DNA of 64,000 nt from assembly GCA_965262725.1 (NCBI GenBank), contig OZ253555.1, forward strand, positions 1,600,001 through 1,664,000, given 5' to 3'. Position 1 is the stretch's first letter. Each line of letters begins with the position of its first letter. Below the pieces are notes generated by a model, which was given only the letters and a program-made list of their open reading frames with translations, was not told the origin of the DNA and ran no database searches. Both the position numbers and the translations under genes were made by a program. This stretch comes from Dehalococcoidia bacterium. GTDB lineage: Bacteria; Chloroflexota; Dehalococcoidia; UBA2979. Below, one piece after another: positions 56,411 through 64,000 of this stretch.

Positions 56411-58254
56411 TAGATGCCTGGAAAGACCCGGCCGTAGAACTCGGCCCGGCGCTGGAATGCCTTGAGACCGCCCTCCATCACACTCGTCACTGCGCGAACA
56501 CTCTCCTCATCGTTGAGTTTACCCTCGTGGAGCACGAAGGCACGGCGGCCGTCAGACCCCATGAGCACTATCCTGTCGGCCTCCCCGAGGACGGGGATGT
56601 TCGCATTGTGCGAAGCGAAGATCATCTGGTCGTTGGGTCGTCGGCTGCGCAACGTCCCGACAAGGGTGTTAGTCACGAATGAATTGTCGAGGTGGTCCTC
56701 CGGCTGATCGACAATCAAGGTTGGTAGAGCAGCCTGTAGCAGGACCGAAAGCACAACCGTGCATCTCTGACCAATCGAGAGTGCCCCCGTGGGTTTGTAC
56801 TCGGTACCGTCGAGAAGCTCAAGAGTAACGCCATCGCCGACCGGAGCAGAAATGATTGCCGCAGTGTCGCTGCTCCTCAGGTGAGCGATCATAGCGGCGG
56901 CGCGTTCTTGCGAAATCTCGGCAACATCAGCCAGCGCAAATGCATCGTCTGCTTCGACCGTCGTCACGAGCTCTAAGGGCGACATACGTGATGCGACTCG
57001 TGGCGCCAATGTGTTGTAGTGCAGGCCACTGCCGACGAGGTTGGCGATTATCGCATTCACATAGGCGCTGACATCCGCAGCCCGTGTTACGGTCGCGCGG
57101 ATGCTTGGACCAAGCTCCTGGTTGAGCTGCTGGGCAACCAATTGCCTGCTTTCGAATTGAAGATCAAGTGTCCGATCGAGGTGTAGGTATGTTTCGCCGC
57201 GACGGTGACTAAGAACTCCCACTTGTTTAGTCTTCTCGGCATGCGTGTTCTGGATGGCCGCGAGTTGCCCGTGTTTCTCCCTGAGTGTGCCGACTTCCCT
57301 CGCGATCGCGCCCAGCCCCTCATCGAGCTCTTCGAGTCGTTGCCTAAGCGCCCGGCTGTGCTCCTCAATTTGGGAACTCTCTATCCGCTTCTGGTCTAGG
57401 ATCGTGTCCACTTCAGAACTCCCGGAAGAAAGCTCAACGAGCGCGTGGCGTAATGCCGAGACCACCTCGCCCAAGTGCTTGCGGATGTTGGAGAGGGCGG
57501 ATTCATCTCCAGCACCAGGTGGCCACTGAACAGTTGGGGCCCGAGCAAGGACACCATCAACCATGGCCGTGTAATTCGCGAGTGCTGTAGCGTTTGCGTG
57601 AAGCGCTGCGATCTGCAACGACAGGCGCTCACCGACCTGTTGAAGGTCGCTCAGCTCCTTACGCTCAGTAGTAGTCGCCGCCGCTCTTTGGAGCGCGTCA
57701 TCCTGTCGGCGAGCAGCCTCGAGTAGGGCAGAGGGTGTTTCGGCTAGTGCGGCAGCCTGTTCATTCAGCCTGGACGCCTCGGCGATGAGCAGACGAAGCT
57801 CGGACGTCTCGGCCCTGAGTCGCGAAATCAGCCCCAAAGCGTGACTGCGGCGGTCGCCGGCATCCGGTCGAAAGCGGTCGAGCAGGGCGATCCGTCCCTG
57901 CGCCTGAGCTCCAACTGCCTCGACTTCGTTCTGAGCAAGCACGAGCGGCGGAGCCCCTGTGGACTCGGTGCGAGGGGACTCGTCCTTCGCAGAGCGCGAG
58001 ACCCTTATCTGTCCTGCAGCGGTCTCGAGAGTCACGGTGACCAAGCCGTCTTGCAGAACCGCCTGAGCATGGCTCCGACCTCGCTCCGCAGCTTCGCTAG
58101 TCAGCGCGCCGGCATCGAGGCAGAACCGAACGAGCTCAATGAGCGATGTCTTGCCGGTACCGCGCCCGCCAATAAGGACGGTCATCCCTGGAGCGATCGG
58201 AAGATCAAGCCCGTCGAGGAAGCCTCCATCGACCTGCAAGTGTGTGATCGCCAA
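56410..58254 (-). CDS. Coiled-coil ABC ATPase (TrlF/Ppl-like, no PHP domain)
   Basis: GGRGTGKT, LSIGQR, IVDQPEDHLD, ASHNANIPV. TTG start after CAGGAG, with a TATACT -10 box at 58278-58283. Confidence 0.88.
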   Translation of the reverse strand: MAITHLQVDGGFLDGLDLPIAPGMTVLIGGRGTGKTSLIELVRFCLDAGALTSEAAERGRSHAQAVLQDGLVTVTLETAAGQIRVSRSAKDESPRTESTGAPPLVLAQNEVEAVGAQAQGRIALLDRFRPDAGDRRSHALGLISRLRAETSELRLLIAEASRLNEQAAALAETPSALLEAARRQDDALQRAAATTTERKELSDLQQVGERLSLQIAALHANATALANYTAMVDGVLARAPTVQWPPGAGDESALSNIRKHLGEVVSALRHALVELSSGSSEVDTILDQKRIESSQIEEHSRALRQRLEELDEGLGAIAREVGTLREKHGQLAAIQNTHAEKTKQVGVLSHRRGETYLHLDRTLDLQFESRQLVAQQLNQELGPSIRATVTRAADVSAYVNAIIANLVGSGLHYNTLAPRVASRMSPLELVTTVEADDAFALADVAEISQERAAAMIAHLRSSDTAAIISAPVGDGVTLELLDGTEYKPTGALSIGQRCTVVLSVLLQAALPTLIVDQPEDHLDNSFVTNTLVGTLRSRRPNDQMIFASHNANIPVLGEADRIVLMGSDGRRAFVLHEGKLNDEESVRAVTSVMEGGLKAFQRRAEFYGRVFPGI

Positions 58255-58376
58255 CGGCTGCTCCTGTCGTCTTAGTGAGTATAGGCGTTCCAACGTGCCA
58301 CATTCACGGGATGCCGGGGGCCAATCCGGGTGTGTTCCGCGGCCCGTGGGGAGTGGCAATGGGATCGGTAGCCAGT

Positions 58377-58463
58377 GCGAGGATTGAAACACGATGACTC
58401 AGGAGCTCGACTTCACGCACTCGCTGGGAGCGCCCGGCCTACGGGCCGGGCGCGGATTGAAAC
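58377..58463 (+). CRISPR. Orphan CRISPR mini-array: partial repeat, 36-nt spacer, full 37-nt repeat
   Basis: GCGAGGATTGAAAC, then spacer 58391-58426, then GGAGCGCCCGGCCTACGGGCCGGGCGCGGATTGAAAC (10-bp stem, ATTGAAAC end). Confidence 0.72.
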
Positions 58464-58505
58464 GACCCGCGCGTGCTGGTTACATGTGGCATCGCCGCCA
58501 CAACT

Positions 58506-59063
58506 TCAGCTCAGCAGCGCCACGACCGCGCCGAGCGCGATGAACGGCCCGTAAGGCACGCGGGCACCCCAGCCAGCTCGCCGGGTGACCAGCAGCACCG
58601 CGGCCGTCACGCCTCCCGCGATCGCGGTCAGGAGGCCGGCCGATAGCACCCCTGGATAGCCAACGACCACTCCCATCAGCGCGGCCATCTTCACGTCGCC
58701 GCCACCGAGTCCACCTCCGCTCAGTCCGCGGATGGCGATCGCGACGGTGAGCGCGCCGAACCCGCCCGTGAGCGCCTCGGCCACCCCGCGGTCGGGCCAG
58801 GCGCCGGAGACGGCGAGCGCCAGGACCAGCGCCGGGTAGACGATCCGGTTCGGGATGACGCGGCGGCGGAGGTCCGACCAGGCCAGCGCCATGAAGATCG
58901 CACTGAAGCCCGAGCCCAGGGCGATCTCCACAGGCTCCCGCCCGCGCATCCCGAGGATCGCCCCGACCAGGAGGGCCGCTCCCGCGAGCACCGGGTACGC
59001 GGCCCACGGCTCCCGGGCCCTCACCAGCCACGCGGGGCGCCCGCCCGCGACGTGCCCCGTCAC
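58506..59063 (-). CDS. Prepilin peptidase (A24)
   Basis: SDLRRRVIPN, GGGDVKM, VPYGPF. Confidence 0.9.
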   Translation of the reverse strand: MTGHVAGGRPAWLVRAREPWAAYPVLAGAALLVGAILGMRGREPVEIALGSGFSAIFMALAWSDLRRRVIPNRIVYPALVLALAVSGAWPDRGVAEALTGGFGALTVAIAIRGLSGGGLGGGDVKMAALMGVVVGYPGVLSAGLLTAIAGGVTAAVLLVTRRAGWGARVPYGPFIALGAVVALLS

Positions 59064-62000
59064 ACGACCGCTCCCGGCTCCCGGGCCAGGAGCTCGGCGA
59101 GCAGCTCCCTCGTCTCCTCGGCGGGCGCGGCCCGCGGGTCGTCCAGCTCCTGCTGCAGCGCCTCGGTCAGCGCCTTGAAGACCTTGCGGACCCCGTTGGT
59201 GTCCCGGAACGCTGCGAGATGGCGCATCCGTCCACGCGCGGCCACCTCGTCGGTCGGATCCTGCTCCAGGACCACCCCGTAGAGGAGCGCCGCCCGCTCC
59301 CGCTCCCCGAGGCGTTCGGCGATCGCCGCGCCGCGGCTCGCCCCGTCGGCCGCTCGCCGGCGGTAATCGGCGCGGTAGGCATCGAGCCACGGGAACGGCT
59401 CTCCCGCGAGGAAGTCTCCCCGGCAGAGCGCCGCGGCGCGCTCGTACTCGGCAAGCGCGTCCACGTCGGGGAGCACGGCCGCGCGCCTGAGCGCGAACTC
59501 GAACTCGTCGAGGTCGATGCGGAAGAGGGCGGTCTGGAGCTCGTATCGCTGGCGGGCTGTCACGACCGGCTGTAGCTCGTCGCTGCCCGCCGCGGACCGC
59601 ACGACTCCCCGCAGGCTGCTCACGGCATTCGCGATGGTGTGCCGGAGGCTCGCGTCCCAGGGGGAGTCCGGCCACAGCGCCTCCGCGACCGACTCGCGCG
59701 GCACGGGCCTTCCGCCCTGCGTGGCGAGGAACGCCAGCAGTTCGCGGGACTTCGCTATGGGCCAGCCCGCGACGGGGGTGGTTCCGACCCGCAGCTCGAA
59801 GGGGCCGAGGCAATTCACCGTGAAGACCGCCTGCGCGGCGGGCGGGTCATCCTCCGCCGCCGGGGCGAGGTCGGCGTGAGTGAGCAGCGCCGACTGACGG
59901 ATCGCCTGCTCGGGCCGGCTCATGCCGTCCGCCGCCGCCACGGGTTGCGGCTCCGGCAGCGTCACCGGGCTTTCGTCCCGCGGGGTTTCGCCGGAGGCAA
60001 TCGCTTCGCCGGGCGCCTCGCCGGGCTGCGGCGCGACCTCCCAGCCGGGCTGCTCCGGGGGGACGGCCGACCGCACCCGCGTGGCCTCGCACCCGGCATC
60101 CTGCTCGACCACGGGCCCCACGGGCTCGGAACGATCGGGCGCGGGCTCGCTGTCTGGTCGGACGGGCGCACAGGCCACGGTCTCTTGCCCGCCGCCGTCG
60201 TGCTCTGAGAACCCGGCGAGCGGGTCGTGGGGCATGACCGGGTGGGCGAGGGCGGCGCCCAGACCTTCGGCGCTGCCCTCGTGAGCGTCGCCGGTCCGCA
60301 GTCGTCCGTCGGGCGAGGGGCGCGCGTCCGGCTCCCCGGGAGGCGGCAGATTTCCAGTCATCCGGCCGAGCACCTCTGTCGGCGCCGCCGGGTCCGCGCT
60401 CTCGCTCCACCTGGCCGACGTATCCCGCCGCACGTGCACCGGCTCGAGCAGCAGCGGCTCGTCCCGGCCGGTCCTCAGGACGATCGCACCGGGCGGGATG
60501 CCGTCCGCGTCCCCGTCCGCTCCGTCTCCCGCGGCACCGAAGGCGACCAGCGCTCCGGAGTCCGCGAGGCCGTCCGCGGGTTGGCCCGGCGGCAGGCAGC
60601 GGATCACGAAGACCCCGGCCGCCGGCCCGTAGCGCACCGCCCCGGCGGGCACGTCGCCGCCGCCCCCGGCCAGGTCGAAGACGGCGACGAGCGGCCGGCT
60701 CACCCCGTCACCCGGGCTCCGGCTCCGGATGATCTCATCGAGCTCCTCCGCCAGGTCCGCGGCGCCGCCGGCCCCGGCTGCGCCGAAGTAGAGGAGACCC
60801 GCATCCGCATCGAGCAGCCGGGCGGCGTCTGCGTCCACGCGGAATGAGAGCTCGTTCGGGGTGCGGGTCGTCTGGAGCGTCGCGACCCACGAGCGCAGCA
60901 GCGCCCGCCGCTCCCCGGCGGTGCCGGTCACGGTCACGCTGCCCGCGGCCGCGAGGTTGAGGTAGACGATGCCCGCATCGGTCGCGCCGACCGGCACGAC
61001 GAGCGCGGGCGAGGCGTACGGCGCCTCGCCGAGCGCGTCTGGAGGCCGCCCGGACGCACCCAGCGTCAGTGCGACGCGCGTGGGGCCGTCCGCCGCGGCC
61101 TCGACATCGCAGCCGAGGCGGCGCTCGAGGTCGTGGCGCGCCGCGAGCAGGGCGCCGGCATCGCCGGGCGGGCACGCCACCGTGAACTCGAGCCCCGAGC
61201 CCCCTTCGAGCACGAGTAGCGGCATCGAGCCGGCGAAGCCCAGGTCGGCGAGCGCCGTCCCGAGCGCCGCGGTGGCGAGCGCGACGCGGCCGGCGTCGCC
61301 CGGACCGTCCCCGCCGCGGCCCGCGCGGGGGCGGAGCCGCAGCGAGCCTGCGCGGTGCAGCCGCTGCACGAAGAGGGCCGTGCCGCCGATCACCACGAAG
61401 CCCGCGGCGCTCCAGGTCACCGTTCGCGGAAGATGCGGCCATTCCCAGTCCCACCCGCCGCCACCGCCGCGCGCGGCGGCGGCGTCCCCGGGGGCGCCCC
61501 CCGACATCGCGGTGCCGGCGCGGACGGCGGCGCCATCCGGGGCGTCAGCGAATCCCGGCTGCGCCGCGCTCTCCACCGGGAGGGGCGCGGGGGGTGCTGC
61601 CGGAGCCCGGGCCTCCGCCGGCAGGATCGCCGCGCCGTCCCGGAGCGGCAGCTCCAGCAGCCATCCCGGGTGGATCTGGTTCGGGTCGGTGAGCCGGGAG
61701 CCCGCTTCCACCTCGCGCCCGCTGTTGCGCTCCCAGATCTCGACCCAGCGGAAGCCGTCCCCGAGGAAACGCTCGGCGATCCCCCAGAGGTGGTCGCCGC
61801 GGCGCACGCGGTAGGTCGTGACGTCGTCGCCGGCGTCCACGCTCGGCGCGGGCATCGGCACGCGCAGCACCCAGCCGGGGCGGATGACCCGCGGGTCGCT
61901 GAAGCGTTCGCCGCCGTCCATCGGCAGGCCGCGGCTCGCCTCGAAGATCTCGACGAAGCGACTGCCGTCCCCGTAGCAGCGCCGGGCGACCTCCCACAGG

Positions 62001-62584
62001 TCGTCGCCGGGCGCGACGGTGTAGAGGACGCACCGCGGCGCCGGAGCCTCGGGCGCGGCCTCGGCGGGCACCGGAGGCGCGTCCACCCACGCCACGAGCG
62101 GCGGCGGCGCCGCCGCGGCGGCATACGCGGGGCCGGCCGCGCCCCAGGCGTGCGCGGGCAAAGGCAGCCAGCTCGCAGCGAGCAGCGTGCCCGCGACGCC
62201 CCCGTCCACGAGGCGGCGCACGGCCGGGATCGTGACCAGATTGCTGAGGCGCAGGCCTGTGCGCGCCCACCGCGCCCCGCCGCTGAGCCGGCCGGCGAAG
62301 AGCAGCGCGAGCCTCAGCCCGACGCTGAGCGCGAGGTACGCGAGCACGAGCCAGGCGACGGCGGCCGCGGCCGCCACCAGGTCCGAGTCGGCGAGCTCCG
62401 TGCCGGAGAGGACCTCGCGGATGTGCGCGCCGTCCGGCGCCCGGGGTCCGCCGCCCAGCTCCCGCAGCACGAACCCCAGCACCGCGCCCCCGAGGAGCAG
62501 GGCGAGCAGGCCGAGCGTCCCGACCGCGTCCCCGCGCCGCCGGGCGCCCGCCCCGCTCCCCTGCCGCCTCACCACGCCTGCCAC
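59060..62584 (-). CDS. Membrane protein with two LysM domains, a degenerate FtsK-like domain, a wHTH and a BTAD activator domain
   Basis: YTVAPGDDLWEVA...IRPGWVL; YRVRRGDHLWGIA...IHPGWLL; LGPFEL...KSRELLAFL...EALWPD; RGDFL...DPTDE. Confidence 0.87.
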   Translation of the reverse strand: MAGVVRRQGSGAGARRRGDAVGTLGLLALLLGGAVLGFVLRELGGGPRAPDGAHIREVLSGTELADSDLVAAAAAVAWLVLAYLALSVGLRLALLFAGRLSGGARWARTGLRLSNLVTIPAVRRLVDGGVAGTLLAASWLPLPAHAWGAAGPAYAAAAAPPPLVAWVDAPPVPAEAAPEAPAPRCVLYTVAPGDDLWEVARRCYGDGSRFVEIFEASRGLPMDGGERFSDPRVIRPGWVLRVPMPAPSVDAGDDVTTYRVRRGDHLWGIAERFLGDGFRWVEIWERNSGREVEAGSRLTDPNQIHPGWLLELPLRDGAAILPAEARAPAAPPAPLPVESAAQPGFADAPDGAAVRAGTAMSGGAPGDAAAARGGGGGWDWEWPHLPRTVTWSAAGFVVIGGTALFVQRLHRAGSLRLRPRAGRGGDGPGDAGRVALATAALGTALADLGFAGSMPLLVLEGGSGLEFTVACPPGDAGALLAARHDLERRLGCDVEAAADGPTRVALTLGASGRPPDALGEAPYASPALVVPVGATDAGIVYLNLAAAGSVTVTGTAGERRALLRSWVATLQTTRTPNELSFRVDADAARLLDADAGLLYFGAAGAGGAADLAEELDEIIRSRSPGDGVSRPLVAVFDLAGGGGDVPAGAVRYGPAAGVFVIRCLPPGQPADGLADSGALVAFGAAGDGADGDADGIPPGAIVLRTGRDEPLLLEPVHVRRDTSARWSESADPAAPTEVLGRMTGNLPPPGEPDARPSPDGRLRTGDAHEGSAEGLGAALAHPVMPHDPLAGFSEHDGGGQETVACAPVRPDSEPAPDRSEPVGPVVEQDAGCEATRVRSAVPPEQPGWEVAPQPGEAPGEAIASGETPRDESPVTLPEPQPVAAADGMSRPEQAIRQSALLTHADLAPAAEDDPPAAQAVFTVNCLGPFELRVGTTPVAGWPIAKSRELLAFLATQGGRPVPRESVAEALWPDSPWDASLRHTIANAVSSLRGVVRSAAGSDELQPVVTARQRYELQTALFRIDLDEFEFALRRAAVLPDVDALAEYERAAALCRGDFLAGEPFPWLDAYRADYRRRAADGASRGAAIAERLGERERAALLYGVVLEQDPTDEVAARGRMRHLAAFRDTNGVRKVFKALTEALQQELDDPRAAPAEETRELLAELLAREPGAVV

Positions 62585-62603
62585 CTCACTCCCTCCCCGT
62601 CCG

Positions 62604-63542
62604 CTAGCGGTTCGCGGTCAGCACCGACTGCAGCTGCTGCACCGGGTAGGAGCGCGTGTACGTGCGCCGGATCGGGTCGAGCGGCAGCCAGGGACCGCCG
62701 TTCTCGCTGTAGCGGGCGCTCCAGGTGATCCGCAGCCGCACGGAGAAGGCGCCGCCGGCCTCAAACGATGACCGCCCGTAGCTGTGCCGGATGTCGCTCT
62801 GCGCCGGGTACGACCGCCCGACCGAGCGCGTGTACAGCGCCGCGCCGTCGCCGAAGCTCCAGCGGTAGCCGGTCGGAGTGATCTCGACCTCCACCATGGA
62901 GCGGTCGAGAGCCGACGATCCGCTCAGCGTCCCGCCGGAGTAGCCCCGGACCCAGAACCACGCCGGCATCGCGACGAGGCCCGTGCCCGGGTTCACGCCG
63001 ACCGATACCTGCGGCAGGCCGACGATGCGGAACGCCGACGCCCGGACCAGCGCGGGGTCGACCGGGGGGATCGGCGGCTCGCCGACGACGACGTCGGGGA
63101 AGCCCTGCGCATCCGTCGGCACCCAGGCGATCCCGAAGTAGCCGTTGTCACAGGTCGCGGCCCAGGGGAAGGTGCCGGGATTGGCCGCAAGGCCGTCCAC
63201 CACCCACTGGGTGCTCGAGTCGCCGACGTTCACGGGCGCGGCCGTGCAGCTCGGTGGGTCGCCGGACCCGGGCGTACCGGGCGTGCCGGGGGTGCCGGGC
63301 GTGCCCGGGCTCCCGGGGCTGCCCGGAGTCGATGTCTCGCTCTCTATGTAGATCGTCACGCCGTCCGGTCCGGACTCCACGATGATCTCGACGGAGGTCT
63401 CCGGCCGGTTGGGCATCGGCGCGGCGCCCTGGCCGGGAACCGACGCGCCCTCCCCGTGGGCGGTGCCGGCCCCCGCCCACGCGAGACCCAGGACGACCAG
63501 GGCGAAGAGGTAAAGCAGGGCGGCCGCTCCGCGCGGGCGCAC
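62604..63542 (-). CDS. Secreted protein with PG(S/T) repeats and a PKD-like C-terminal domain
   Basis: Signal peptide, GLVAMPAWFWV, YRWSFGDG, HSYGRSS, ITWSARY. Confidence 0.75.
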   Translation of the reverse strand: MRPRGAAALLYLFALVVLGLAWAGAGTAHGEGASVPGQGAAPMPNRPETSVEIIVESGPDGVTIYIESETSTPGSPGSPGTPGTPGTPGTPGSGDPPSCTAAPVNVGDSSTQWVVDGLAANPGTFPWAATCDNGYFGIAWVPTDAQGFPDVVVGEPPIPPVDPALVRASAFRIVGLPQVSVGVNPGTGLVAMPAWFWVRGYSGGTLSGSSALDRSMVEVEITPTGYRWSFGDGAALYTRSVGRSYPAQSDIRHSYGRSSFEAGGAFSVRLRITWSARYSENGGPWLPLDPIRRTYTRSYPVQQLQSVLTANR

Positions 63543-64000
63543 TATCGCGGGCCTTCCCGCTGGCTCTCTACGGCGATCCATCTCTCACCTGCCTTCTCCA
63601 TGAACACCGTGTCGCGCAGCACCTGGCCGCCCCCCTCCGCCCGCGGCGGCTGCTTGCTGACGGGGTCGACGTAGAAGCTCCTGTTCGTGATCCGGTCCAC
63701 GACCACCGCGGAGGCGGGGGAGGTCACGACGACGAGCGGGTCGTGCTCGACCACGACCCGAAGCGCCACGCCGCTCTCCCTGAGGGACGCGATCTCATCG
63801 CGGATTCGCCGCAGCTCCTCCCCCGACGCGAAGCCCTCCATGAGCGAGGCGTCGAGCCAGAGGGCGGCCAGGGCGTAGGCGTCCCAGTACGCGAGGTAGG
63901 AGGCCTCGACCTTCTCCTCGACGGAGGGAGCCGGCGCCGGCGCCGGCGCCGGCGTGGGCGTGGGGGTGGGCTCGGTGGTTGGTGAGGCCGCCGCCGTCGC
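63542..64000 (-). CDS. Secreted or lipoprotein with Pro-rich linker and NTF2-like domain (5' end outside the window)
   Basis: PTPTPTPAPAP, VEASYLAYWDAY, C-terminal GERWIAV. Confidence 0.7.
   Translation of the reverse strand, partial: ATAAASPTTEPTPTPTPAPAPAPAPSVEEKVEASYLAYWDAYALAALWLDASLMEGFASGEELRRIRDEIASLRESGVALRVVVEHDPLVVVTSPASAVVVDRITNRSFYVDPVSKQPPRAEGGGQVLRDTVFMEKAGERWIAVESQREGPR

Larger units (their letters stand above)
10294..64000 (-). mobile_element. Integrative conjugative element at tRNA-Gly with about 35 kb of defence cargo (right end outside the window)
   Basis: tRNA-Gly att fragment, T4SS/coupling protein/primase operon, and Tad-type accessory genes at the right. No integrase is visible in the window. 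Confidence 0.8.

Noticed and set aside
58255-58376. CreA-like repression of the adjacent ATPase promoter by the spacer
   Set aside because: Only short matches (CAGGAGC, ACTCA) were found by eye, with no seed-plus-PAM match.
63260-63328. 9-bp tandem repeats
   Set aside because: They encode a PG(S/T) linker within a secreted protein.

Overview
High-GC bacterial DNA; the host is possibly Chloroflexota/Dehalococcoidia-like, inferred from gene content and GAAC-N4-GTTC boxes. Positions 1-10.2 kb are host chromosome: uvrA, MFS transporter, LLM oxidoreductase, cysteine hydrolase, GMC oxidase and TfoX. A 45-bp 3' half of tRNA-Gly(TCC) at 10294-10338 marks the att end of an integrative conjugative element (ICE) that runs past the right edge. 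The ICE left arm (11.2-23.3 kb, minus strand) carries VirB6, pilin, PrgI, VirB4, a primase, VirD4 and a double Replic_Relax protein. The right arm (58.5-64 kb) carries a prepilin peptidase, a LysM-BTAD protein and secreted proteins. Between the arms lies about 35 kb of defence and conflict cargo: a toxin-antitoxin pair with a LexA-type box, an ADP-ribosylhydrolase/phosphatase module, and a nuclease gene split by stacked IS630+IS5. It also holds an unusual BREX locus (brxE-A-B-C-pglX-pglZ-brxL) whose PglX is split into one methyltransferase gene plus two alternative specificity-subunit genes. Further right are a truncated IS110 with a recognisable bridge RNA, a second tRNA half (Arg-TCT), an ABC ATPase-HEAT histidine kinase-REC/kinase operon followed by three TIR genes and a membrane effector, and an orphan CRISPR mini-array. 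All calls come from reading motifs by eye; no database searches were run.
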